A DNA stretch of 64,000 nucleotides from assembly GCA_010909165.1 (NCBI GenBank), contig VJWM01000284.1, positions 62,001-126,000 on the forward strand, read 5' to 3'. The notes beneath the pieces are model-generated. The model was not told where the DNA came from, ran no database searches, and worked only from the letters and a program-made list of their open reading frames with translations. This document shows, in pieces, positions 53,928 to 64,000 of the stretch. Each line of letters begins with the position of its first letter. Positions within the stretch are counted from its first letter, which is position 1. Origin of the DNA: Anthoceros angustus (lineage: Eukaryota; Plantae; Anthocerotophyta). The position numbers and the translations under genes are program-made.

Positions 53928-54100
53928 CCATGGGATTTGAACCCACGCCCTTTTGTACTTGCAAAAACGTGATAGTAGGCCACTATAAAATCACACTTGG
54001 GGTTTGAACCCACACCTTTTTGAATTTGCACAAACCTTATAGGAGGCCAGTATAAAATCACAAATGGGATTTGAACCCATGCCTTTTTGGACTTGCAAAA
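53928..54100 (-). repeat. Three ~65-bp tandem units, each with a Pol III B-box-like GGTTCAAA(T/C)CC
   Basis: tggg(a/g)tttgaaccca...ttt...ttgca repeated three times. Confidence 0.7.
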
Positions 54101-54454
54101 GTTGTCATGGCAAGTAAGTATCATGTAGCATTTTACAACTTGGTTAATACCAAGGCTATATGTAAAGAAAAGAATAACAGGAGCAAGCCTCGAGCGAGCA
54201 AAGAAATTCTCCCTTTAAATTAGTGTCAGATTGAACCTATGCCCCTTTCAAACCAGATGCCTTTAGACCAAGGTGGCCATCCTAACCTCACCCTGGAACA
54301 TATGAACCCAATCATCAGCCAATACTTACATTGCATTCTACATATGTACAACAATATATATATGTGTGTCCAAATGGCTTATTCCAAATGTACATGCGGG
54401 AAAAGAAGGGAAAAACCCATCCACCCCAAAAACAAAGGGGGAAAAACCAAACGA

Positions 54455-54850
54455 AGGGCACCATGCCAAGGGGACTAGCCCCCACGATCACAAATTTCAA
54501 AACTACCGACCGCCCGAAGAACTTTGTGGTCAGGGAAGTGAAAAGGCCTACTTACCACAGGTGTTGAAGAAGCTGTATCTCTTGTGCTCGCTGTCGTTCT
54601 TTACACTGCGTTGGCCAACGCCTTCTGCAGAGCGATGTAAACCCTCTTGCCGGAAGAAAGCAACAAAACAAGAAAGGGGGAGGCCAACCCCATTCTTGCG
54701 GTTGTGATAAGCCTTGGCGCAGGTCGAACCTAGAGAAATCCTTGCCCATGGCTCTGTGAATCTAGATGGTAAGGGGAATGAAGGTGTGGCCGTCTTGCAT
54801 AGGAGAGTACTTTGTGGACCTTAGCTGTCGCGCATTCCAAATGGACACAC
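54455..54850 (-). mobile_element. CRE-like non-LTR 3' fragment (restriction-like endonuclease tail)
   Basis: AKVHKY...HTFIPL...AFFRQ..IALQKALA across frameshifts. Followed by ggggctagtcccc, a motif also present at ~3465 and ~5218. Confidence 0.55.
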
Positions 54851-55019
54851 ATTTATAATATAGATACCTAGATGGGGTGCCTAGGGAGTGGATGCCTTGG
54901 TACTAGTAGCTTAGGCACACCATGGCATACGTTGTCGAGTGCCAAAGTCTTAAGGATAGGAAAATTGGATCCAGGTGGACTAAAATAGACTTTTTTTCAA
55001 TTAGGTTATTCGAGTCTAC

Positions 55020-56320
55020 TAGGTAAAGGGCATACGAATCAAATGCATACTTGGAACCATATCCTGCATGTATTCATGGGAGGTAGGGTACAAGGGGCCA
55101 TGGATGTGTTCACCATGGTGGGGAAACCAGATGCCTACACGTGCTCTTGCATAGGCTCCGCACATTCCAAGCACGGGAAACCAAATGAGGCGATTCAACT
55201 GTACCTTGAGATGCGTAGTCCAGGTGTGCAGGCGGATGCTCACATGTTTGTGGCTGCCTTTCAAGCTTGTGCACCTTCCGCCGACTTGGAATCTGGGAGA
55301 AAAGTGCTCTTCGATGTGTTGAACAGTGGCACTCATCCTGGCTTATTCGTTGGCAGCTGCCTGGTGGACTTATATGCAAAATGTGGCGAACTGAAGGATG
55401 CCCGCTGGATTTTTGATAGCTTGGTCAGAAGGGATGTGTTGACATGGACGGCTCTGATTGCAGGGTATGCAAATCATGGTGTTCGTCAAGAGGCGCGTTT
55501 TCTGTATGAACTAATGGAGCAAGAGGGAGTGATTGTGGCTGACCATGTTACTGTTACTTGCCTTCTCAAGGTCTGTGCCAGCGCTGGTGCCTTACAAAAG
55601 GGCAGGCAGATGCATTGACAGATTGTGTCAGGAGGACAGCTAGATAACACACTCATGGGCAACTGCCTGGGGGACATGTATGTAAAGTGTGGAGAAGTTG
55701 AAGATGCACGCCAGGTTTTGGACAATTTGGCCAAAAAGGATGTGGTGACATGGACGCCCTCATTGCCGGGTATGCATGCCACATAGCTGGGTATGCACAG
55801 CTGGGGCTGGGTGACGAGGCGCTTGTTCTGAGTGGACAAAGGGAGCTTGAGGGCCTGATTGTGGTGGCTATGTTACGTTTGCTGGCCTTCTGAAGGCCGA
55901 AGGTCTGTGCACGGGATGGTGCCTTACGGAAGGGCAGGCAGCTGCACTCCCTGGATAACTTACTAGTGGGCAACAGCTTGGTGGATAAGTATGCCAAATG
56001 TGGCAAAGTGGGAGATGCATGGCGGGTTTCTTGACGGCTTGTCCACAAACAATGTGGCTGACATGAACGGCCCGCATCGCTTCGGCCAAGAAGCGCTTGT
56101 TGTGTGCGGAAAAATGGAGCTGGAGGGCCTGATTGTGGCTGACGAAGTTACTTTCGCTTGCCTTCTGAAGGCCTGTGCATGCGCTGGTGCCTTACAGAAG
56201 GGCAGGCAGTTGCACTCACAGCGTATGGAAAGAGGAAAGCGATATCACATACTGGTAGTGGACATGTATGCAAAATGTGGCAAACCGGAAGATGCTCGCC
56301 TGGTTTTTGATAGCGTGGAA
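55020..56320 (+). pseudogene. PLS-PPR fragment lacking E/DYW
   Basis: AMDVFTMVGKPD...CLVDLYAKCGELKDARWIFD... with a stop at 55616-55618 and later frameshifts. Confidence 0.88.
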
Positions 56321-56916
56321 GCTGGACTCAATTTGTTATTATGCAACAAAACACAGTCGCTTTAGTGCTTGTGGGGTTTTGGGGCGGGGTCACATGACTC
56401 ATTGATCACGATTCACACATCGAACTAGCGCAGCTGGCAAGCCAGCCGTTGAGTCGGGCAATGTACATGTATGGCCTGCCAATGCAAACATGTTTGTCGA
56501 TACTTACAGATCTGGTAGCTGCCAGAAACGTGGGTCCGGGCTCTCGTTTTTCAAATTTGCAACGGCCAGGCTGCCGTGCGGCCAATCCAGTTCCGATCCT
56601 CCAGCAGTGCACGATGTGTGGCATACATATGTCGACCCAGAGGGTGTGTGGAGCCTGCAAGTGTTGCTGCTGCAGACTGTGGTATGCACGGTACGGACCC
56701 GGAATCCCGTTTCCCAACGCACCTCTTTTTCTCTCTCGCCTCTCGCAGGGGCCGGGGCCACATGCATGACGTGTGTACTGTACATTCCTCTCCACCGGGT
56801 CGCCGACGCCGTCGAGCTTGCAGGTTGCAGGTTGCAGGGGCCGGGCAGCTGCATCCAAATTTGGTGCGTCTCTACTGTATCCAATCAAGCGCACCGCGCA
56901 CCCTTGGTTGCCTCGC

Positions 56917-56964
56917 CCGTCGGGCCGTCGGGCCGTCGGGCCGTCGGACCGTCGGACCGTCGGC
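56917..56964. repeat. (CCGTCGG[G/A])n minisatellite
   Basis: About six 8-bp units. Confidence 0.85.
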
Positions 56965-57721
56965 GTCCATCCCATTGGACTGTCGGTGTCGGAACTGCGT
57001 GCATGAGCAGCAGTTTGGCATTTCACGGAACCCAAAGGGTAGGTAGGTAGGTAGTTGAAACTGGAGTTCCTGGTACCGTTTGAATGACCACCCAAATTTA
57101 CATTTTCATAATATCACGTATGTAGCCAAAAACAAAAAACTGGAATGGAACGTTGGAGTTGGACTGGACTGAGGACTGCATCCCCCTCTCTCTATCTCTT
57201 CCGACTGTCCCTGACTCTCCTTACCGCGCTCCCGGCTTCTTCCCCGCTGCTGCCATCGCCTCTTCCGACAACAAGCCAAGCCCCTTGCTTCCTCGCCCTC
57301 GCTCCGTACATCCCTTTCCCTTTCCCGTCCCCGCCTCGCCTCGCCTCGCCGCTCGCTTCTCTGCCCCTCGGACTCTCTCCATTCCGCTATCGCCCCATCT
57401 GCATTGTGTGTTTGTGTGTGTAGGATTGGAGGTCAAATCTGGGCCGAGCTTTCCCGGAATTCGGTCAACAGGGAGTGTCAGTGCACAATCCGATGCCCAG
57501 ACCCAGCTCTAGATTGCGGTGTCGGATTCAGGGGAGGTGAAATTCGCAGCGGGGCATTCAGGAGCGGGCGGAATCGGATGCAGCAGAGACCGGGGGGACG
57601 GTGACAGGTGACGCCAACAGTGTGTCCCCTAATTCTGCCCGCATTGGCATTGCCGGATGCCAATTGGCGCGGAATCGAGCTGAATGGATCTGAGCTGAAG
57701 GCGCGGAGGAAGTCCAGGGCC

Positions 57722-59536
57722 ATGGACCGGGTGGTGGGGTGGGCTGCATTGCTGCTGCTGCTGCAACTGTGTCTCCTCTTCAGCGCAGCAGGTATGCCAA
57801 TGCCGATGGAGCGATGGCAGCAGTGCGGCCATGGAGGTCTGTGAGATGAATGCATTGCCAATTGTTGTTGCACTTGTGACGGTGGTGGGTGGTTTGTGCG
57901 CAGGATCGAAGCAAGTGGGAGTGTGCTGGGGGAGGTCGGCGACGGACCTGCCGCCGGCGTCGCAGACGGTGCAGCTGCTGGAGCAGTACGGGATCACCAG
58001 GGTGCGCCTGTTCGACTCGGATTCCTCCAGCCTCAAGGCGCTGGCCGGGAGCAACATCGAGGTGATCGTGGGGGTGACCAACCAGGAGCTGCTGGGGCTG
58101 GCCATGTCGGGGGACGCGGCCAGCAAGTGGGTGGAGAACAATGTGGCGGCCTACGTGCCCAAGGTGAACATCAAGATGGTGGCGGTGGGCTCTGAGGTGC
58201 TCACCACCACTAACCTGTCGCAGTACCTGGTGTCGGCAATGATCAACATCCACACGGCGCTCACCAAGAAGCAGCTGGACGGGAGCATCAAGGTGTCCAC
58301 GCCCAACTCCATGTCCGTGCTGCAGAAGTCATATCCGCCCTCGGCGGGGAGGTTCAACGCCAGCCTGGAGGACGTGGTGGGGGACATGCTCTCCTTTCTG
58401 CAGAAGACGGGCTCCGTCTTCATGATCAACACCTACCCCTACTACGCCTACGTGCAGGATCCCGGCAACATCAGCCTCAACTACGCCCTCCTCCAGGCCA
58501 CGCAGCCCGTGGTGGATTCCGGCTCCGGGTTCAAGTACTACGGCCTCTACGAGGCGCAGGTGGATGCCGTCTACGCTGCTCTCAGCTTCTACAACTACTC
58601 GCAGATCACAGTGCTGGTGTCGGAGGCGGGATGGCCCTCCAAGGGGGACTCCGGGGAGACGGCGGCCACGGTGAACAACGCGCAGGCCTTCAACGGAAAC
58701 CTGGTGAAGCACTCGCTGAGCAACCAGGGGACGCCCGGGAAGGTGGGCATGGAGATTGATGTCTACATCTTCGCACTCTACAACGAGAACGGCAAGCCGG
58801 GGCCAGCGTCCGAGCGCAACTGGGGGCTCTTCACGCCCGACCAGAAGCAGGTGTACCAGATCAGCTTCACCTCGTCCGGGAGTTCCAGCTCCGGGGGAGG
58901 AGGCGGGAGCGGCGGAGGAGGGAACGGCGGGGGGAACAAAGTCCGGGCCTGGTGCGTGGGGAGAACGAGTGCGTCCAATGCCAGCCTGCAGGCTGGGCTG
59001 GACTGGGCTTGCGGGCCGCAAGGCCAGGCGGACTGCGGCCCCATCCAGCCCGGGGGTCGCTGCTTCGTGCCCAACACCGTCTACAGCCATGCTTCCTATG
59101 CTTTCAACAGCTTCTGGGTCAGGAGCGGCTTCCAATCCCAAGCTTGCAATTTCTCTGGAGCTGCCACCTTGAGCACCACCGATCCAAGTGCGTTCTGCAT
59201 CTTTTCCCTGCATTCCTTTCATCTTCCTGCCATGCTGCCCCGTGATGCTGGACATGGATTTTAAGCTCATGCCTTGGTGTTTCCTTTTCCTCTTTGGCAG
59301 GTACTGCAACATGCTTCTACCAATCAAGCGTAGGGTATGTTGCCGATGTGCAAGGAGGATGTTCCTTCCGTGTTCTTCATCTTTCATTACCCGGCCTCAC
59401 CCTCTGACTGTGGGATCTGGTTGCTTGTCTGTCGTTGAGCAGCTCGTCTGCAGGTGTGCTACCCTTGGAGCGGGGCAATCGAATAGCCATCATGGCAGCA
59501 GTGGCTCTCCTCTTCTTCCTTGTCAACTTCAACTAA
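57722..59536 (+). CDS. Glucan endo-1,3-beta-glucosidase (GH17) with X8/CBM43 domain and predicted GPI signal
   Basis: Exons 57722-57791 (signal peptide), 57904-59187, 59301-59334 and 59443-59536 are GT-AG and in frame. VGSEV, INTYPYY, VSEAGWPS, FALYNEN, Gly linker, WCV...LDWACG...DC X8 domain, hydrophobic tail IAIMAAVALLFFLV. Confidence 0.95.
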
Positions 59537-59899
59537 AAGCTTCGCATTTCCTCACCTTCCGTCTCCATTTCGGGTCTGCATAACGTTAACCTTGTGACTG
59601 CAAATTTTGACAGTTTCTTAGCATAATTTATATGCGCACCCTATTGATGCAACGTGGGCAACGGTTCTGGCATCCGTCAGGTTTTTGCATTATTATTGCT
59701 CACAGGGTTCTCTTCTTGGTGTCCTTTTGACTCTTGATATAGCAGGTTCTGTTAGCAAAATAATCCATGCGTCAGGCTAGATCAGTAGGAGTTGGTCCAT
59801 CACAGGCGGTGGGCTTGTGTGAGCAGATGCGCAGTTGAAGTGATTCATCAGAGAGTCTCTGGATGTGTGTCGCATGGACTCGTAGATGTAAAGTCTCAT

Positions 59900-61065
59900 T
59901 CAGATTGCCTCTGAATGCTGGGAGTGAATGCTCACGTAGAGTAGGCCAGTTATAGCCATGTTTCTGGTACATACTAGTGTCAAATACAGGAAGAGGATGA
60001 TGTGCAGCGCACTTTTTGGGGCTTGTGATCTTGCTACCATTGTACTATCCTTTTCAGGAGAAAACGTCACCAGCAGCACAGCATCTGCTGGCTGGCATCA
60101 TTTGTGCCCGAATTGTGTCCGTCAGACATATCGTGTCCAGTCCCATAAAAGTTCCCTTCTGCACTTCAACCATCCAGAGTACCTATACGTCTGGGGCTTT
60201 TGACACTCTCTGACTCGGTGTCCCAGGGACACTCGGTACTCTAAACTGGAACCCCTGGAAATCTCATAGCCACAGGTCACAGCAGGGTAGCTGCTCGGAA
60301 GATGAAGCGCTAACAGCAGCCGCAGATGCAGATGCATGGGAGGTTGATTCAGGCTGAGTTGGAGCAGAAAGTCACCCACAAAGCTAGTACCTGGATGATA
60401 TACGCTATAGGGAGATCTCCAGGTTGTGTTCTGTGGCCTTCTGAGACAGCTAAGAAGCCCTGCAGGCAAGCATCCATCCGCCACACAACATGGATCTCTC
60501 AGCCCGACGCATCACACCTGCTGATCTAATTTAAAAAGCAGTGCACCATAAAATCCAGACCAAGACAAGTTAGAGTACTGGCCTTGAGGAGTCATACATG
60601 AGACCCGACGCGGGCATTAACATAGGCCTTGTGAGCACTCGGTTGATGTTCACGGCATCCATATCCCAGCCACAGCTACAAACTATGGCGCAGCACATTC
60701 ACAGCCTCCGAAACTTCCCCACACCACCCTCCTCATCATCACTCCACATGATCGCACATAGGGCAGCTCAGCATAATGCAGCTGCTTCATGAACTGCCTT
60801 TCCCTAGTTCGAATTCACAGCAAGGGTGATGTTGGAGCAGAATGTCACATGACATCATTTTGAGGCTCCATGTTGAGATGATGCATCACCTCAACTTTTC
60901 TCGAGCTTGAACCCATATCTGCTGCAGACATTTGTCACCTTCCATGGCCTGGTTCTGGCACCGGGAGGCAATTCCGCAGGCAAGCCATCAAGGTTGGTAT
61001 GATGAATCAGTCTAAGGCGTGAAGATTTCCACTGGCAGCCAGGAGTTGTTATCCAAACCCGATGT
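59900..61065 (-). pseudogene. Probable F-box-associated domain remnant
   Basis: Fragmented coding-like sequence paralogous to 2790-3325, next to an F-box pseudogene. Confidence 0.45.
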
Positions 61066-61069
61066 CTGG

Positions 61070-61420
61070 AAGATGAGGAGAGCTGCTGGTGCTGCCATGA
61101 TGGCTGTTCGGTTGCACCGGTCCAAGGCTTAAACACTCTTGCACACGAACTGCCTACAGACAGACAGGGGGAACAATTTCAAAACCTTTCCGAGGGTGGG
61201 GCCGGGTACGAAGAGGAAGAAAACGGAAGGAACATCCTTGCACATGATAGAACCTTCACAACATTGCCTTGGGGCTATAGCATACAGTCTTTGGACTTCC
61301 TATAACAGTGCTCGATTGGTAGTTGCAGTAAGTAGTTCAGTACCTGCAGAAGACAATTTTTTATCCCAGGGCATGAACAGCATCCATGTCCCATGATGAG
61401 ACATCATCGTAGGAAGGAAG
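61070..61420 (-). pseudogene. Inverted, diverged copy of the glucanase 3' end (59220-59520)
   Basis: The reverse complement contains ggacatggat, gcaggtactg...ctaccaatc, atgtgcaagg..atgttccttccgt and agccatcatggcagca in the same order as the gene. Confidence 0.8.
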
Positions 61421-61879
61421 AGTCCAATCGTATGCAGATGTGCAACGCATATGGACGTCGATGCATAAACAATGCTTAGGGGTACTTATAAATGTAATGT
61501 AACCAACAAAGACCACCACTTGCAGAACGAGATGGGAAGAGAAGTCAAGCTACCAATCCATTCTCACCATTCACGAATGGAGCAAAAGGAACGTGTAAGG
61601 CCGAGCGTCTTCATAACCGTAAAAAGAAAGTAGACAAGTACATTCAAGAAGACCCGATAACACTTGTTTGGCAAGGTTTGAAACAACTAAATTATCCATT
61701 TTTTCTTTTTCCCTTTTTGGGGGCAACAAAGATCGCTAAGCTATTAGGCAACCTAAATCGCCTACGGAACTTCAAGAGCCTGGTGGTTCCGGGCTAGCTA
61801 CTATGTGAACATGATGATTACCGCAAAAGAAATATGTCTCAAAGACTGAACACCCCATGGCATGCTGCACCAAACGAAA

Positions 61880-63048
61880 GCTATCCAAAGGGTCGAAACT
61901 CATGATCCGGGGTCATAAAAGGCGGCGGTAGTGGAGGAACTGACTTCTTACAAAAGCTTTATCATACCCGCATCCAGCGTGGGAAACTAAATCAAGGCGA
62001 TGATACATCCTCATTCCCCAAGCGAGGACAATCGCCATGGGTTGGTTGCTCCAAGCATTTTGGGCCACGTTGTAGACAGTGTGGGGTGGATAAAATCGCG
62101 AAGCCGATACAAAGGTTGGTGTCAAGGATACAATCATCGCCACCGACACAATCGCGAACTCCTCGTCGAACTCGGCCTGCAAGAACAAGTCCTGTGGCAT
62201 CACCGCAAAAGGGAGGAACTCAAGTAGCCGGGTCCTTTGAAAATGTGAATGCCGGAAAGCGTGGTCATGATCACCGAGAGAAAACATCCGATCCACGTTA
62301 TGACCTTGAGGATTTGGAAAACCGAGGGAACAAGGCGATTACATTACTCCAAGTTCCATCACTCATATTGTAAGACGCCACTCCCAAAGGCCATGACCTA
62401 AGGCTATAGTCAACCGCCACACGAGAGGAAGCCATTGCAATATGCGCTCCCAAGATCATAGCCGAGTCGCAAGGGGGCCTCCCATTGATATTCCAAACAC
62501 CAAGCACGAGTCATATACTTGCGTGTTGGGCGAGAGCATTAGGCGCTTGATTGTAACGATTCGATTTTGAGTGTCCGGAGAGACAATGATCTTGTACGAG
62601 TTCGACGGTCGGTCCACAACCATATGGAAAACCAACGGGGTATACCAGATCTGGAACCATTGTAGGCAACTCCTCCACATCCTTGTGAGAGGGTTGCACA
62701 CAAGCTGGACGTCATGATTATTCATGGCCTCGGACACATAGTTGATGCATAAAAGGCCCTCACTGAAGACACCCAACATGAGGTAATCGCGAGGAAGAAA
62801 GACAATGACGGCAGCCTCGCCATCTGCGAGATTGACGTCATATGCTAAGCACTTTTCTCATCGCCTCTAGAAATGTACATGGGCGCATAGGTGCCGACGT
62901 GAGAGTCTCAAAGATAAGTCTGGGCTAGGGATAGAATGGTGTGATTCCGTGCCTTGAGAGAGTGAGAGCCCGAAACGACTATGCAGAGGTAGGCGAGATG
63001 ACTTCTTCCAGAAGTCATGGGAAGATTACTCCACAATCTTGGATCCAT
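61880..63048 (-). pseudogene. F-box protein pseudogene
   Basis: MDPRLWSNLP start, then GLLCI...LVCNPLTRMWR...SYKIIV...TQVYDS, typical of F-box + associated domain. Frameshifted. Confidence 0.8.
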
Positions 63049-63507
63049 GGGAGAACACTCTTCGCTGCGCCTATGCCTATGCTGTGTCATCTTGCTTATG
63101 ATCTCCTTTCATCGAGCTCTTGCCGCATGCCATATTGATATCGGGCAAATCATAGAATCTTCAAGATGAAGCTATGACTCACAAGGACACCGGAACAATA
63201 TACCGCCGAAAATCAAAGCTTCATGAAATATGGTGGTCTTTTAACTGCTCAAGAATTACTAACCTAAAGTTCAAGGAAGAATATGTCCTTTAATTTCTCC
63301 AAAGGATCATTCGAGGAAGAATATGTCACTCTATCAAGTAAAACCGTGATCACGAGGTACATATATAGGCTTTGAATTTCCTATGAAACCGATATTATGA
63401 ACTTAACATAGTAAAAGGAGAGAATATTTATGTCACTTTCTAAACACATCTACCTACTTGGAACATCGGATCAATACATATATAGTCTTTTTATTTATTA
63501 TATTTAT

Positions 63508-63820
63508 AGATGCACGGAAGCGCTCTTCAAAGTGAGCATGCACACTCGGACTCCAGTCTAGTCCCCGGGTCATTGATAGAGACCCACCATCCATTGTCGC
63601 ATTGTAGCCCCTTACATCATCATCATCAATCAATCGCTTTGGTCACGAAATTCTTCCAGCTTGATTGCCACCGCTTTGAGTCGACTCATCGAACGCTACT
63701 AGACAGCGGTCTTGAATATGGCGAAGGCCTGGTCAGATCTCCTCCTTGGAATCGAAGATACGGCTTGGAGCTCGCACAATATTAATGGTGGCGGTGGCAA
63801 TGGTGTGTGTTGCTCTCCAT
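63508..63820 (+). repeat. Diverged inverted copy of 5895-6210
   Basis: gatgcacggaagcgctcttcaaagtgagcatg...ggcaatggtgtgtgttgctct matches the reverse complement of 5895-6210. Both yield an MHGSALQSEHA ORF. Confidence 0.8.
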
Positions 63821-63857
63821 GTTAGAGATTTAATCCTCCTGCCTCTTATTAGGATAT

Positions 63858-64000
63858 ACTAGGATGCACTCGAGACTAGGATGCACTCTCGAGACTAGGA
63901 TATTGCACTCTCGAGACTAGGATATTGCACTCGAGACTAGGATATTGCACTCGAGACTAGGATATTGCACTCTCGAGACTAGGGCATTGCACTCTGAGAC
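63858..64000. repeat. 18-22-bp tandem repeat CTAGGAT(ATT)GCACTC(TC)GAGA
   Basis: About seven units, running off the window end. Confidence 0.9.

Noticed and set aside
53928-54100. tRNA genes
   Set aside because: Only the T-arm/B-box-like motif is present, with no cloverleaf.
56406-57095. Overlapping 150-230-aa ORFs on both strands
   Set aside because: GC-rich upstream region with a minisatellite; no protein-like signal.
57831-57903. Glucanase start given by the ORF track
   Set aside because: It lies in intron 1; exon 57722-57791 supplies the signal peptide with a correct splice phase.
58329-59387. 352-aa minus-strand ORF
   Set aside because: Antisense shadow of the GC-rich glucanase exon.
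63858-64000. Short regular repeats as a CRISPR array
   Set aside because: No unique spacers and a eukaryotic context; this is a minisatellite.

Overview
Plant nuclear DNA, most likely a hornwort (Anthoceros-like), although a fern or lycophyte cannot be excluded. The inference rests on GRP-ending DYW:KP PPR genes and short introns. The window is a rearranged, TE-rich mosaic. Four genes look intact: a 7-exon neprosin (6602-8644), a PLS-PPR-E1-E2-DYW:KP/GRP candidate U-to-C RNA-editing factor with an OSB-type PDF motif at its N-terminus (48818-51202), a hexameric polyubiquitin (51721-53094, minus) and a GPI-anchored GH17-X8 beta-1,3-glucanase (57722-59536). Also present are three broken PPR paralogues, a second inverted neprosin, F-box pseudogenes, a copia remnant, two CACTA ends, a Tat-like gypsy, CRE-like non-LTR fragments and a chromovirus-like element with non-canonical AGT...ACT LTR ends and a CATAG target-site duplication. 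The most unexpected object is a degenerate minus-strand gene (about 22.8-26.8 kb) that fuses a ParB/Srx-like GGNH domain to a beta-class N6-adenine/N4-cytosine DNA methyltransferase. It is followed by a co-oriented trihelix Myb/SANT gene and carries a recurring GC-rich palindrome. Many frameshifts and near-identical tandem duplications may be long-read assembly errors, so pseudogene calls are provisional.
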